Notes under the pieces: model-generated
The model's input: only the letters and a program-made list of their open reading frames with translations
Databases searched by the model: none
Told to the model about the DNA's origin: nothing
Position numbers and translations under genes: made by a program
DNA from: Lama guanicoe
Taxonomy: Eukaryota
Assembly (NCBI GenBank): GCA_013239625.1
Contig: MU053513.1
Coordinates: forward strand, 3,888,303-3,952,302
Reading direction: 5' to 3'
DNA: 64,000 nucleotides
Shown: positions 22,131 to 33,949 of the stretch, in pieces
Layout of the letters: each line of letters opens with the position of its first letter
How positions within the stretch are numbered: position 1 is the first letter of the stretch

Positions 22131-25100
22131 AAGGTGAAATAAGGGAAAAATAGGGGTTTGGGGGCTTCACTTTCTACATGGTAGCCTGCTTGGTTACCCT
22201 TCCTAATATTCCAGTCAGGTCTCCTAGATGTCTAGCAGCCCGTCTGAATCCAGGCTATTGCAAGGTCCTGATAATCTCATTTGTCTCCTTGAGGGCTAGA
22301 ACTGGGTCCCTAGAGATATCCCCACAGTCACCACCTCCACTGGCTGGAGACCTCACAGATGTGGACAGGGTTCCTTGGATCACAGTTACAGTATAAATTC
22401 CTGCCTAGATACCCCTCTGCAGTGCTGTCTTTGCAAATGTACATCTGGAACTGACAATTGTAAATCATGTTTGAGGTTGCTCTGACCTTTAGCATGACCT
22501 TAACCTATGTTTTCACTCAGTCACCTTCTCTTAGCAGACCAGAAGCTCCAATAATGATTTTTTTCTCCTTCCCAATATTGCAGGTAACCCTGGAGACTTG
22601 TCCCAAAATGGCCCATGATAACACTGTGAATAATGGGATTTGGAAGCTTAAGTAGCACCCAGAATTCTGCTTTGCTAGCACATCTGCCTTTGACAGATGA
22701 ACTGAAATTGAATATCAACTAGAGCTGCAGGAAGGGCAGACTCCCCGTTCTTTCTTCCAGAGAGCACGCAGCTGACGGGTGTGCTCTCTGTTAAATACCA
22801 GTCACTTTCACCTTCTTAGCTGTGATTTGAAGCTAGTTCTGGTCCTGCAAACTTAAAACAATGAGCAGCCAACCAAAGAGAGACCTAATGAGAATTAGAA
22901 GGCTCTCAAGTCATTAAGTTGCCTCTTAAAATTCTTACCTGTGGTGAGAACACAACATTCAACACCTTCGCTCCATGTGCAGCCTCTCACTAGGCATTTA
23001 TAACCAATTACCTTATGTATGGATTTGTCAGAGTGCTTGAGTTAATGTGGCTCATTGAAACCTCATGGAGATAAGTGACTCACAGATCCCTGCTGGCCAG
23101 AACACCTCTTCTGGTCAGGTTTTCACTACTGACAGGCAACAGAAAGTTGACTAACCAGCAAATTTGACAAGGTTTGATGTAACTCAGAAGTTTAAGACCT
23201 GCACAAGAATTTTATGAAAACCTTATGGGCTGCATGCTAGAAAATCAGACCTTTTTCCAAGAAAAAGGACATGCAGGGAGGTGTTCGAGGTGAGGGGAGC
23301 AGTCGTAGAAAAACTTTTGATCATTTTCCTTTATGGAATTGTGATATGGTTCTGGGAACCTTCCCAGCCACCCATTTCCATCTCCCTCCCCTTCCTTGAG
23401 CAAAAATTGGAGGTCACAGGGAGCCAGAGGCATGGCCCCCAGATAAGATAGCATGAGTGGTTGGTTGGGCGGGGGCTGTCAATGTCTGTTCTCTTTTCTC
23501 AGAGCTAATGGATCTGAGCATTGGAGCTACTCTGAATCTGCACATTGGACTGTGCTGCCTCCTCCAGCCATGGCAGTGTGAATGAGCAGAGTGCTGGAGC
23601 TGAGGTGTACTTACAAAGAGCTGTGACTTCTTGGAGGCCGGTAAACTCCCTGCACTGGCAGTAAAGGAGTCAGCTGGCTTTTCACAGGACTAGGGAGGCT
23701 CCTGCAACAGTGGTACTATACTCAGTGAGCACGAGCTGAGTCATGGTAGGCCCTGCTGACTGACACAGGTGGCTTCTAACCTGACATGTGCTAGAACAGC
23801 CTCAATCTCCGGTGAGCCAGCATGGCATCCCACAGGGCACACACCATAAGGTGGAAAGTTATAACTTGTGGTGGAAGTGGTTCCAAGCAACCTCTTCCGG
23901 GTGTGTGGGGACCATTCATTATCTACCATGTGTTTGGTGAAGTGTTTATCACAGAGAGTCTGGCGAGAGATCCAAGGGTTCATTTTGGGAAGGGTTATGT
24001 GCAGTGATGCAGTCTGGCTCTCACTGGTTGTTGGAGAATAAGTATTGAGTATGTGAATATACTTATTTCTTATGTAACAGTTATTTACTGAACACTTACT
24101 CTTAGGCGCATTACATACAGCTTCTCACTCCACATTCACAATAATCTTATAAAGTAAGCATTATTACCCCAGTTACACAGAGGAGCTACAAAAGGCCGAG
24201 GTACAAAAAGACTGAGTAATTTGCTATCCCTAAACATATGCTCTTCATCACTTTTTGTGCTGTCTCCCAGTTCCATGTAGTTCTATTAGTAGCTAAAGAC
24301 TTAAGTTCTTAATATTATCAGCTTAATTGGATGAGGAAATGTAACAATTTTTTTTTCAGTTGACCTGTTAGACTCAGTCTGTTTATTGTAAACAGCTGAC
24401 AGCTCAAGGTGAGAATAAAATTGAATGAAATATAAATGCCTTTTCTCCTTTGTGCAAAACGGGGACCTTAAGCAGGTTTTTGGTGGGACTGAATAAAGAA
24501 ATAATGCATATGAAAGTCTCAAGCACACTATTTGGCACATAGTGGAAGCTCCAAAAAAAAAATGTTGGTTTACTTTCATCTCCATCCTAGAGTTATATGC
24601 TTTAATTAAAAAGAGACTCAAAAGGAAGTTATATAAAGTGTCTAAAGAATATTCCAGATTTTCTTAAAACTGAAAGACTTTCTCTTTAAACACAGGTTTT
24701 TGAAAGATTTAAAAACTTTATTCCATTTTCTCTCTTTTTTTTTTTTCAGTCAGCTCTCAGTTTAGGTCTAGACATTTTACCTGTAAGCTATTTATGTACT
24801 TACACCCCTCTTATATTAAGACCAGAAGCATAGGATAGGGGTGAATGAGGGATGGGTGAATCCAGCTGTACTCTTGATTTCACTGAATATTCTGGATGAG
24901 TTTTCAGTGTTTGGGGCTCACTGAAATCCAAAACAGGTTTCACCCATGCTTATACTCTTCAGTTCGGAGCATGTGCAATTTAAGGGAAATTTAATCCATA
25001 TGTTTCTGATTCGTTTACACTTAAATAGTCAAAATATTGTTTTTAATAGTTATTTGATGCCCAAGTAGCCTTTTGAACCTTTTAAATATGCTTTTAGAAG

Positions 25101-25894
25101 CCTGTATTTCTCTTGAAAAACAGGAAATCATGTCTTTCCAAGGAGGTAAACTAATTTATACATCTGAAAATTCAGGTTCAGTTGAAAACACCCCAAACCA
25201 CAGGTTTTTAATGGCCTGTCTGCTTGGCAAATGAACACTCAGCTTTAGACTAAATGCTATTTGAACACACCTACTTGTTGCTTTATATTTGGGCTGGACA
25301 TCCATTTCAGTTGGTATTAGGCTGTTTTGTGTGTAGACTTAGCAGCCCGAAGCTGGAATTTATCTGGTTTTTATTTTGGTTACAATTACTTTCCATTTTA
25401 ATTCCAGCTCTTCTAGTTAGTTGACTAACATGGCTACTAGTTTTCCAAATATTTCGTGCAGGATGAACTCTTTCTGTTTTTTTTTTTCTTCCTTTTCTTC
25501 ACCAATTATCTTCATTTTTTAAAAAATAAATGAAGTAACTGATTTTCAATAAAACTGTGGAGGGCTTCAGTAGAGATACGAACACTCCCACCTGTATGTC
25601 CAGAGACTAGTATCTTGCAAAAAAAAAAAAAAGAAAAAAAAACCCATGAGAGTTAGTGGGGAAATAATGGGTTTAATTGTTTTTACTTATTTTGTGTATT
25701 TGCTTTAAAGGGATAAGACACTTGTTTCGAGAAACAGAAGTATAGTTGCATGACCCCATCTCTACCTCTCTCTCATTAAATATTTGTTGAGTGAATGAAT
25801 AAGTATAGTTTTTAGCTTACATGTGCATTTTCTCATGGAGCCACTTCCATTTCAAAGCTTTTACAAATGTTTATTATTATTAATTTGGATGTAG

Positions 25895-26085
25895 ATTGCT
25901 GACTCATTCTTAGTTACTAACTGTGTGAACTTGGATGTGTCACTAAACCTCTATATGTGCACTTCGCTTGTTTATAAAACAGAAAATATTAATAATAATT
26001 TATAGAGTTTTGTGAGGATTAAACAATGTACATAAAGCCCTTAATACAAAGCCTGGCAAATAGTAAATCTTTATTACATGGTAGC
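25895..26085 (+). mobile_element. MIR SINE
   Basis: 'ttactaactgtgtgaacttggatgtgtcactaaacctct...ttgtgaggattaaac...aaagcccttaatacaaagcctggcaaatagtaa'. Confidence 0.6.
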
Positions 26086-26099
26086 AGGAAAAAAAAAAA

Positions 26100-28600
26100 C
26101 ACCACACATTAAACAAACTTTGGGGAAACTGTTACTACGTGTGAGGGTGAGAGCTATTCTGGAGACACCAAGTTATACTTTCTTCCCCTAAGAAGTTCAT
26201 TGCTGGCTATTACTATATGATTTTAGAGATGCTTCAACAGAAGGTCACCTGGAATGATGCTGAAATCCAGTTGAAAGGCATTTAAACTTGGTAGATCAGA
26301 AAAGGCTTGAACTGCATTGTCTAGGACAAATAAACTTATCGGTAAAGAGGAAAAGGTAGAATGAAACAGTGTGCCAGGCATGGGGAACAGCATGCAAAAA
26401 GGCATGGAAGTATGAAATAGTATGACCTGGGTAGGTTGGTATAGTAAACTCGGGGTGGTTGGCTATAGCTGGATCATAGGGCTAAACTAAGATGTTTGCA
26501 TTTTTCTTAAATTTAATTTTCTTAAATTCTAAGAGGAGGAATGATGTGACCAGATTTGGGTTGTAACTCAGCAGTCGTCAAGTTACAAGGACATTTGAGG
26601 GTCAAATGAAGTTTGCTGGAAGTTCAAATCACAAGTGGAAATTAATCCTATGTCCCTCTCAAGTTTTCTAGGGATTGGGCTGAAGAGCAGGGAAGAGGAG
26701 GGGTTGGTGGATTTCCTAGGCCCTCTGGTTCAGTGTCTGCTTCTGCTGAATTAGTCCAATAAATGGGTCTTCTTCTTAGCCTGCTCATATCCTTGATCTT
26801 TATCTTGTCCAACCAGCTGTAGAAGTTAGCTCATTTCTTCCTCTTTGTTTCTCTCCTTCTCTTTCAGGAAACAGGCACTTGAAATTTATCCTATTTTACC
26901 ATGCAGACTACTTGTGGGAAGAGAGCAGGACTTCTTTTTTTTTTTTTTTTTTTTTGCTTCCTGATAAAACGAAGTCCTTTGGTGGAAGTTTGGGCAAGTA
27001 ATAAATTGCAGAAGATCAAGATAGGAGGCAAGTAGACCAGGTAAAAGGCTATCATCAAAGAGGAGAATGCCGAGGACGTGAAGTAAGGCAGTGGCATTGG
27101 TAGTAGAAATGGTAAGGAAAGAATGTTTGAGGTATATTTATGAGACAGAATCCACAGGGCTGCACTCAGTGACTGAATCAACCTGGGGCAGTGGTACAGG
27201 GGAACATGACAGAGGAAAGATGTGAAAGGTAATGGTAGGAGATCCAAGGTTCTGTTTGTAATTTGGGGTTTTATTTGAGATAAGTGAACACTTAGAGGTG
27301 ACATTCACTGTTGTTAAAGATGCAGAAAGAAGTGTATATTTTGGGAGAAATTTATGAGTCCAGTTTTGGGTAAGTTGAATTTGAGGTACTAAATGGAGAT
27401 ATTACTAAAGTACTTGGTGTGTGTATCTAGAATTTATTAGAGTAATCTGGATGGGTGAAGCTAAGTTTGGGAGTGTATCATTTAGGAACTACACTCAAGT
27501 ACAAGTTTGAGAGACCCAGCTACAGGAGCTTAACCAAATAGTGTTATTTTTCTCACATAGTAAGAAGTCCAGGGTTAAGTAGTCTAGGATTAGTGTGGTG
27601 ATTCCAAGATTTCAGTAATGTTTCAGGATCTTTTTTTTTTTTTTAATCTTTCTGCTGTATTATCTTTACTGTCTGTGGTTAGGTTTTCTAGAAGCTGAGT
27701 TGAGATGAGAATGCAAGTTATGAGATTCATTCAAGGAATGCTTTCCAGGAAAAACCTGTAAGGCAAAGTCTGAGATGAGGAAATCCAAGTAGTCTGACCA
27801 ACTAACTATATTATTAAAAGTGGGCCATGCACGAAGTAATGATGAATGTGTCATGAACGAAGGGTTCTGATTAATCCCATTCTGTGAACATGTGGTCTGA
27901 GGAAAATCAAAAGAATGGATGAAGAGAGGAAGGAACTCCAGGAATATAAGGCTCTTCTTTCAAGTAACTTGACTTTGAAAGGAAGAAGAGTAGGGGGGGT
28001 AGTTGGGGGAGGACATGAGTTAAAAGAGAAGTTTAAATAATAGAGCTGTTTAAGAGAATGAGCTAAAGAGAAAGAGGCAGCAGAGAAGGAAAAATTGAAA
28101 ATTTGGGAATGGGAGGAATTGGTTGGTGGAGTAATATGATAGAGTTGGGTGGGAGTCCAGAGTACAGATAAAAAGATAGCTTTGGATACAGAGAAGGATA
28201 TCTTTTTATTGTTCCAGAAGGTAAGGCATAAAAATAAGTGGGTTTACAGATAAATTCATGATGGTGGCAAGTAAGGAGCTCAGGAATTCCTACATGATTG
28301 CACTGAAAGTTATTTTTGCAGCAAAATACAGAAAAAGTCATCTGTTCAGCATGTGTGTGTGAAATAGGAGGTGTCAGCGATGGTAAGATGAGGGAGAGGT
28401 GTAGAAGGCTTAAGAGTGGTGAAAGTTTGAAATAGCCACTGAGGGCAAGAGAATTGTTACCTGACTAGAGCTACCTGAGCACATTTCAACCCAAGCTGAG
28501 GTTGAAGATCGTGAATTTGTAGTAGCATCAGCCCTGGTTGTGTAATTTTCCCCAGTAATGCTTTATAGTTGGGGATAGCATCTGGGTGAGGGGGGGTGAG
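26100..28600 (-). mobile_element. Fragmented L2 LINE with embedded old LTR pieces (about 27480-27830)
   Basis: Purine-rich reverse-L2 motifs ('ccaggcatggggaacagcatgcaaaaaggcatggaagt', 'gagtccagttttgggtaagttgaatttgaggtac'); MLT1K-like and ERVL-like pieces in the middle. Confidence 0.5.
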
Positions 28601-29149
28601 TTGGGATATTAAATCAAGAGGCATTACACATGTGATTCATTTTCTAGTTGTTAAATACCTTTCAGTTGTAAATCACAAAGAGACTATGGATATACATGAA
28701 TGTCTGCACCTACATTAAGGCAGTGGAATGTAGCACTGTTGTTTGGTTAGAGTAGATTTAGGAATCAGCCAATAGACATCTCAACTTTTCTTTTGGTTAT
28801 TTAGTGCTGAAATTATTATTGATTATGGTTTAGAGACCCAATGAGGTTACATAGATAAATGAATCTTTAAGGGTAAGTTTGAAGGACAAAAAAAATTGGC
28901 CTACTTTCTGCAAGTTCCTTTGGGATATGTTTGGTCTACTTGATACTCCTATGGCCCAGAGATTTCTAATCCATCTAGAATTCTGTGGCCAGATAAATCT
29001 TTCTAAGACACAGCACTGCCCAGAAACCTTCAGTTGCTTCTCACTGCCTAGAGTATATGATCTCATTGTCTTAGCTTGATGAATTCAAGATCCTCCATAG
29101 TTTGGCCTCAATCTACTTTTCTTTTTCCCACTGCTTCCTATACATGGAA

Positions 29150-29630
29150 AGCATAGCTTAGTGATAAGAGCACAGACTTTGCATTTGTGTTTGAATCCTA
29201 GCTTTTTAAATTACCAGCTGTGTGATTTAAGAAGTTTAACTTTCTTAGTTCTAGTTTTCTTACCAGTAGCATGGAGATAATAATGTATGCCTTATAAGAT
29301 GATGAAGATTAAATAGAATAATATAATGTGTTTAGTACAGTGCCTGGAGTACAGTATATTTACAGTACTTTCAGTACTTTATTTGGTTAACTCAACTTAC
29401 ATGGTGCTTGGACACTGTTCTAAATATTTTGTGAACTCGTTTAATCCTTGTAACAACCCTCTGAAATAGGTATTATTATTATCCTAATTTTACAGATGAG
29501 AAAACTAAGGTATAGGGAAATTAATTAATTTAACATGTTAGCAGCTAAGAAGTGGTAGAATCATGTTTCAAACCCAGGGAGTCTATCTTCAGAGGCCATG
29601 CTTTTAATCACTAAGCCATGTTGCCTTTCA
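29150..29630. mobile_element. Adjacent MIRs in opposite orientation (+ about 29150-29360, - about 29370-29630)
   Basis: + 'tttgaatcctagc...ccagctgtgtgattt'; - 'attttacagatgagaaaactaaggtatagggaaattaa...tttcaaacccagggagtct'. Confidence 0.7.
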
Positions 29631-29659
29631 ATAAGTGGGTATTATTATATCAGTACTCT

Positions 29660-30230
29660 ATTTACTGTCCCTTAAACATGTCATGTGTATTTCTACTTCC
29701 TTGTTTCTATTCATACCATTTACTATGGCAGGAAAGCCCTTCCTCCATTTCCACCCAAATTCTCCTAATATTTTAAGTGTGCCTTAAAGTCTGCCCTGTC
29801 CATGAAGCTTTCAGTGATTCCTGTTACCAGTGATCCTTCTTCTCTCTCAATCCTTGGTGCTTATTTCCTACTTAATTCAGTTGGCACTTAAAACACTGTG
29901 TTTTATCATGCCTAATTGCTTTATGTTGTTATTTAATGTGTCCTTGGTTTTCAACTAGATAACATTTTTGAAGGTAGGGACAATATGCTATTACCTTCCT
30001 TGTGTCTTTAGCACTGTTTAACGGGAAATTCACTGAACATTGCCTCAGAGGACCCAAATTCGAGTCACAGCCCTGACTTTTAATAAACCTGGTAACCTAA
30101 GACATATTAACTTAACCTCTTTGAGCCTTAACTATGTCATCTGTAAAATGGGGTTAATAACTCATCTGTCTTAGCTATTGTGGAGATTAAATGAAAAGTG
30201 TGTGTGAAAAATTTAGGAGGTTCTATGAAA
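29660..30230 (+). mobile_element. L2 3' fragment followed by a MIR (about 30040-30230)
   Basis: L2 'ccctgtccatgaagctttc', 'ttgaaggtagggaca'; MIR 'cttaacctctttgagccttaactatgtcatctgtaaaatggggttaataa'. Confidence 0.55.
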
Positions 30231-32842
30231 AAGAACTTTTGTGCATAGCATGCTCTCTGTAACATTTATTGAGGACATGAACAAATGAATTCAATGCATA
30301 TATGAAGGATGGACAGACATCAGAATACCTGGAAATGAATTCTACAACTTTTAATCTGTATAATCGTAAGCTAGTCACTTATCCATTCTGAGCATTCTTT
30401 TTCACTCAAAAAGCAGAGATAAGAAGCTAGGTATATAGGAAACTTTGAAAGAATGCAGGCCTTTATGAAATTCAGCTTTGGACTGAAATATGAAGGGCCT
30501 GGGTCTCCAGGGTAGAAAAGAAATGTAAAGGGAGATAGGGGGCAGACATACAAGAAGTGGGAGGTTATTAAACACAAACCACTACCTTTTTGCTCAAACT
30601 AAGCCCTGTGCCTTTAGCATATGAAAACAGGCTAAAATTCCTTAGATCCATATTTTTCACAAATACATCACTGACTAACATATCTGAAGTTCCTCTCTAG
30701 GCTCTAGGGTAACGAATTCTAGCCAATTTCTCCTCATAAAAGTTCAGCTTGAACTTAAATTCCCTACCCACAGGAAAAATCTATCCAAAATTTCATATGA
30801 CTGACATGTAGCATCTTAAGATTTCTCTAACCACATAACCATGGATTTCTAAATCGTATGTGAAAGTTCTTGATTCTTAGTAAGCTTGCTGGTATAAGTC
30901 CAGCCAACTTTCACATTTTTTCCCCTTCTTGGTAATTCTTCCAAAATAAACCACAAGTCCCTAAATTCTTAGAATTTATGATACACACTGAAATCTCAGT
31001 TTTCTGTCACCTTTCCGTAGTCAAGTTTTCCACAATCTATGAAGTGTCACTTGCTGTTTTTCTTTCTATCTTATTCTGATGGCTAGTTTCTCTTTGTTCC
31101 TGTCTAGGATGTGTAGTTTTATGCTTAGAGTCTGCTCAGATCTCTTTTTTCTCCTTTCTCAGCCTTAACACAAACAAATTCTGTAGCCTACATGTTGTGG
31201 GAATGAAGTGGTTAACAAGAAAAGACCTCATCTGTCAGTAGAAGAGTTGGGGATGAGGTGGTTAAGAAAAGTCTTGAGAATAAGACACATGAAACCATCT
31301 CAGGAGAAAAGAATTTTGAGTTGTGGGGAAAAAGTCTTCCAGGTAGCACTTAGTTCAGAAGAAATACTACTTTTGTCAGGACCTGCCTGCCCTACTTCCA
31401 CTCATGGTCTATAATTATGTATGCCATTTGCAGGCTCATCACAGTCCAGTGAGATTTAGAGTCTCTCACTCCCTTTCTCTTTCTCTACTTGTAAATAGGA
31501 CCAGAAAAGAGACTATTCCGGCCTTTCCATCATTGTATAAGGGCCTGAAGAGCGATCAGTATGTTAGACACTACTATGTTGTGCTTCAGTACCATATATA
31601 ACCTTTATCACATGTGACAAGTCTGCTTAATTGATCCTTGGTGATGCTCGGATTCTTGGGTATTCTATCCATTTTCCCTTTGCTTCTTCTGCCATGGAGT
31701 ATGAAGTTTAATCTCAAATTCTAGTCAGGAGGCTGAAGATTCTGACCTCCCTATTGGGTTTTAGCCAGCTACTTTCTCTAAAACTGAGTTCTGGTTCTTC
31801 TTAAATTACTTAATCCCCAAGAGTGACATCAGCAAGATGGTGGCATAGGGAATTTTAGCTCTTGTCTCTCCCAGAATAATCAATTTCCATGCAGAAAATA
31901 CCTTCACAAGAGCTCGGGATTCCAGATGAGGATTAACAGCACCTGGGTGGAACACAGAAATTTAAAAAAAAAAAAGTACACTAAAGAGAATAGGAAAGAC
32001 AGTTTCACATTACCCTTTCATTCCTGCCCCAAGACTAGGCAGCCCGGTATGGACAGAGATACTCTCCTGTGGGAAAGGGAGAGTGCAGTGAGTGTCTGAC
32101 ATCACCATGGACACCAGCACTAACCCGAACCAGCACTTGGCCACCTCCCAATCCTCTAAACAGCTTTTGTAGCCCCAGGGTCCTGGCCCACTGCAGCATC
32201 TGGATAACCCTCATGGACCTGGACTCCAAACCTGCTATTGTTGGCTCCTGACCCTCCTCAGCACTGGGCTGGTTATCATAGTCCCAGGCTCCTGGCAAGC
32301 GCCAGCACCAGGTCAGCTCCCTGGCCCCAGGCCACAAAGATCATGAATACTCAAAGAAACATCATATCAACAAAAACTAAGAAAGCTTCAATGAAAGACC
32401 CTAAAGAAATGAAGATCTATGAACTGTCTGATGAAGAATTCAGAATATTCCTCCTGAAGAAATTCAATGAACTATAAGGAAACACACATAGACAACTAAA
32501 TAAAATTAGGAAAGCAATTCATGAACATAATGAGAAGTTCAACAAAGAAATAGAATTCATTACAAAATCAAAAAAATCCTAGAGTTGAGGAATGCAATGA
32601 CTGAGGAATTAAATAGTGGACTTCAATATCGGACTCAACCAAACAGAAGAGGAAGTGAATGAACTAGAAGACAGTCCATCTGAAATCATCCAGTCAGAGA
32701 AGCAAAATGAAAAAAGAAAGAAAATGGATAAGGAAAGCCAATGTGAGCTATGGGATATCATTGAGAGAGACTATCTACGTATTGTTGGAGTCTTAGAGGA
32801 AAAGAGGAGAAAAGGGAAGAAAACTTGTTTAAAGAAATAATG

Positions 32843-33035
32843 TACTAACTACTATATATAAAATAGATAAACAACAAGTTTCTACTGTGTAGCACAGGGA
32901 ACTATATTGAATATCTTGTAGTAAGCTATAATGAAAAAGAATATGAAAATTAACATATATGTATATATATGACTGAAACATTATACTTACACCAGAAATT
33001 GACACAACATTTTAAACTGACTATACTTCAATTAA
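32843..33035 (+). mobile_element. Young L1 3' end inserted in the old L1 ORF1
   Basis: 'ctactgtgtagcacagggaactatatt...ctgactatacttcaattaa'; host ORF1 is split at aaagaaataatg|gctgtgaacttcc. Confidence 0.85.
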
Positions 33036-33200
33036 GAAAGAAAGATGAAAGAACGAAAGAAAGAAACAAAGAACAAAAGAATGAAAGAATGAACAAAAGA
33101 ATGAAAGAATGAATGAAAGGGAAAGAAGAAGCAAGGAAGGAAGAAGAAAGGAAGAAAGAAAAGAAAAGAAAAAGGAGAGAGAAAGAAAAAGGAAGAAAGG
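33036..33200. repeat. Purine-rich (GAAA/GAAT/GGAA)n low-complexity tract derived from the L1 tail
   Basis: Read directly; follows the L1 3' end immediately. Confidence 0.9.
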
Positions 33201-33949
33201 CTGTGAACTTCCTAAATCTGGTGAGGGATTTGGACATCTAAGTTCACGGAGCTCACTGTCCCTCTAAAATTTCAATTCAAAAAGACCTTCTCCAAGACAC
33301 TTTACAGTAAGACTGTCTAAAAAACAAAGAAAATTTTAAAAGCAGCAGGAGGGAAAAAAAAACCTCATTGCATACAAGGGAACCCCCATAATGCTGTCTG
33401 TGGATTTCTCAGCAGGTATCTTGGAGCCCAGGAGAGAGAGGAATGATATATTCAAAATGCTGAAAGAAAAAAAAAAACAAAAAAACAAAACACCAACCAG
33501 GAATACCCTATACAGCAAAACAGTCCTTCAGAAATAAAGGAGAAATAAATACTTTCCCAAACAAACATAAGTTGGAGTTCCTCACCACTAGAACTGCCTT
33601 ATAAGAAATAACAAAAGGAGTTCTTCAACCTGAAATGGAAGTATGGTAATTTGGACTATGAAAATATAAAACACACTGGTAGAGGTAAGTACTCAAATTC
33701 AGAATTCTCTACTCCTGTAATATGGTGGTGTGTTAATCACTTAACTCTAGTTAATCACTTCAGTATATATTTACCTCTAGTATAAAGGTTAAAGGACAAA
33801 AGCATTTCAATCTTAATCTTCTGCTTGAAATGAGAACCATTACTGTTAAGAAGTCTTAACATTAGTGTAATGTGGTAGAAGTGACATACATACACTACTT
33901 CTAGCCATGGTCCATAAAACTCTCGGTGCAGGTCTCCATTCTCTCATAT

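Larger units (their letters stand above)
31820..33805 (+). mobile_element. Old L1 5' UTR and disrupted ORF1
   Basis: 5' motif 'gagtgacatcagcaagatgg'; ORF1p-like translations 'DPKEMKIYELSDEEFRIFLLKKFNEL' and 'LNQTEEEVNELED...EIIQSE...LWDIIERDYLRIVGVLEE'; stops and frameshifts present. Confidence 0.85.
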
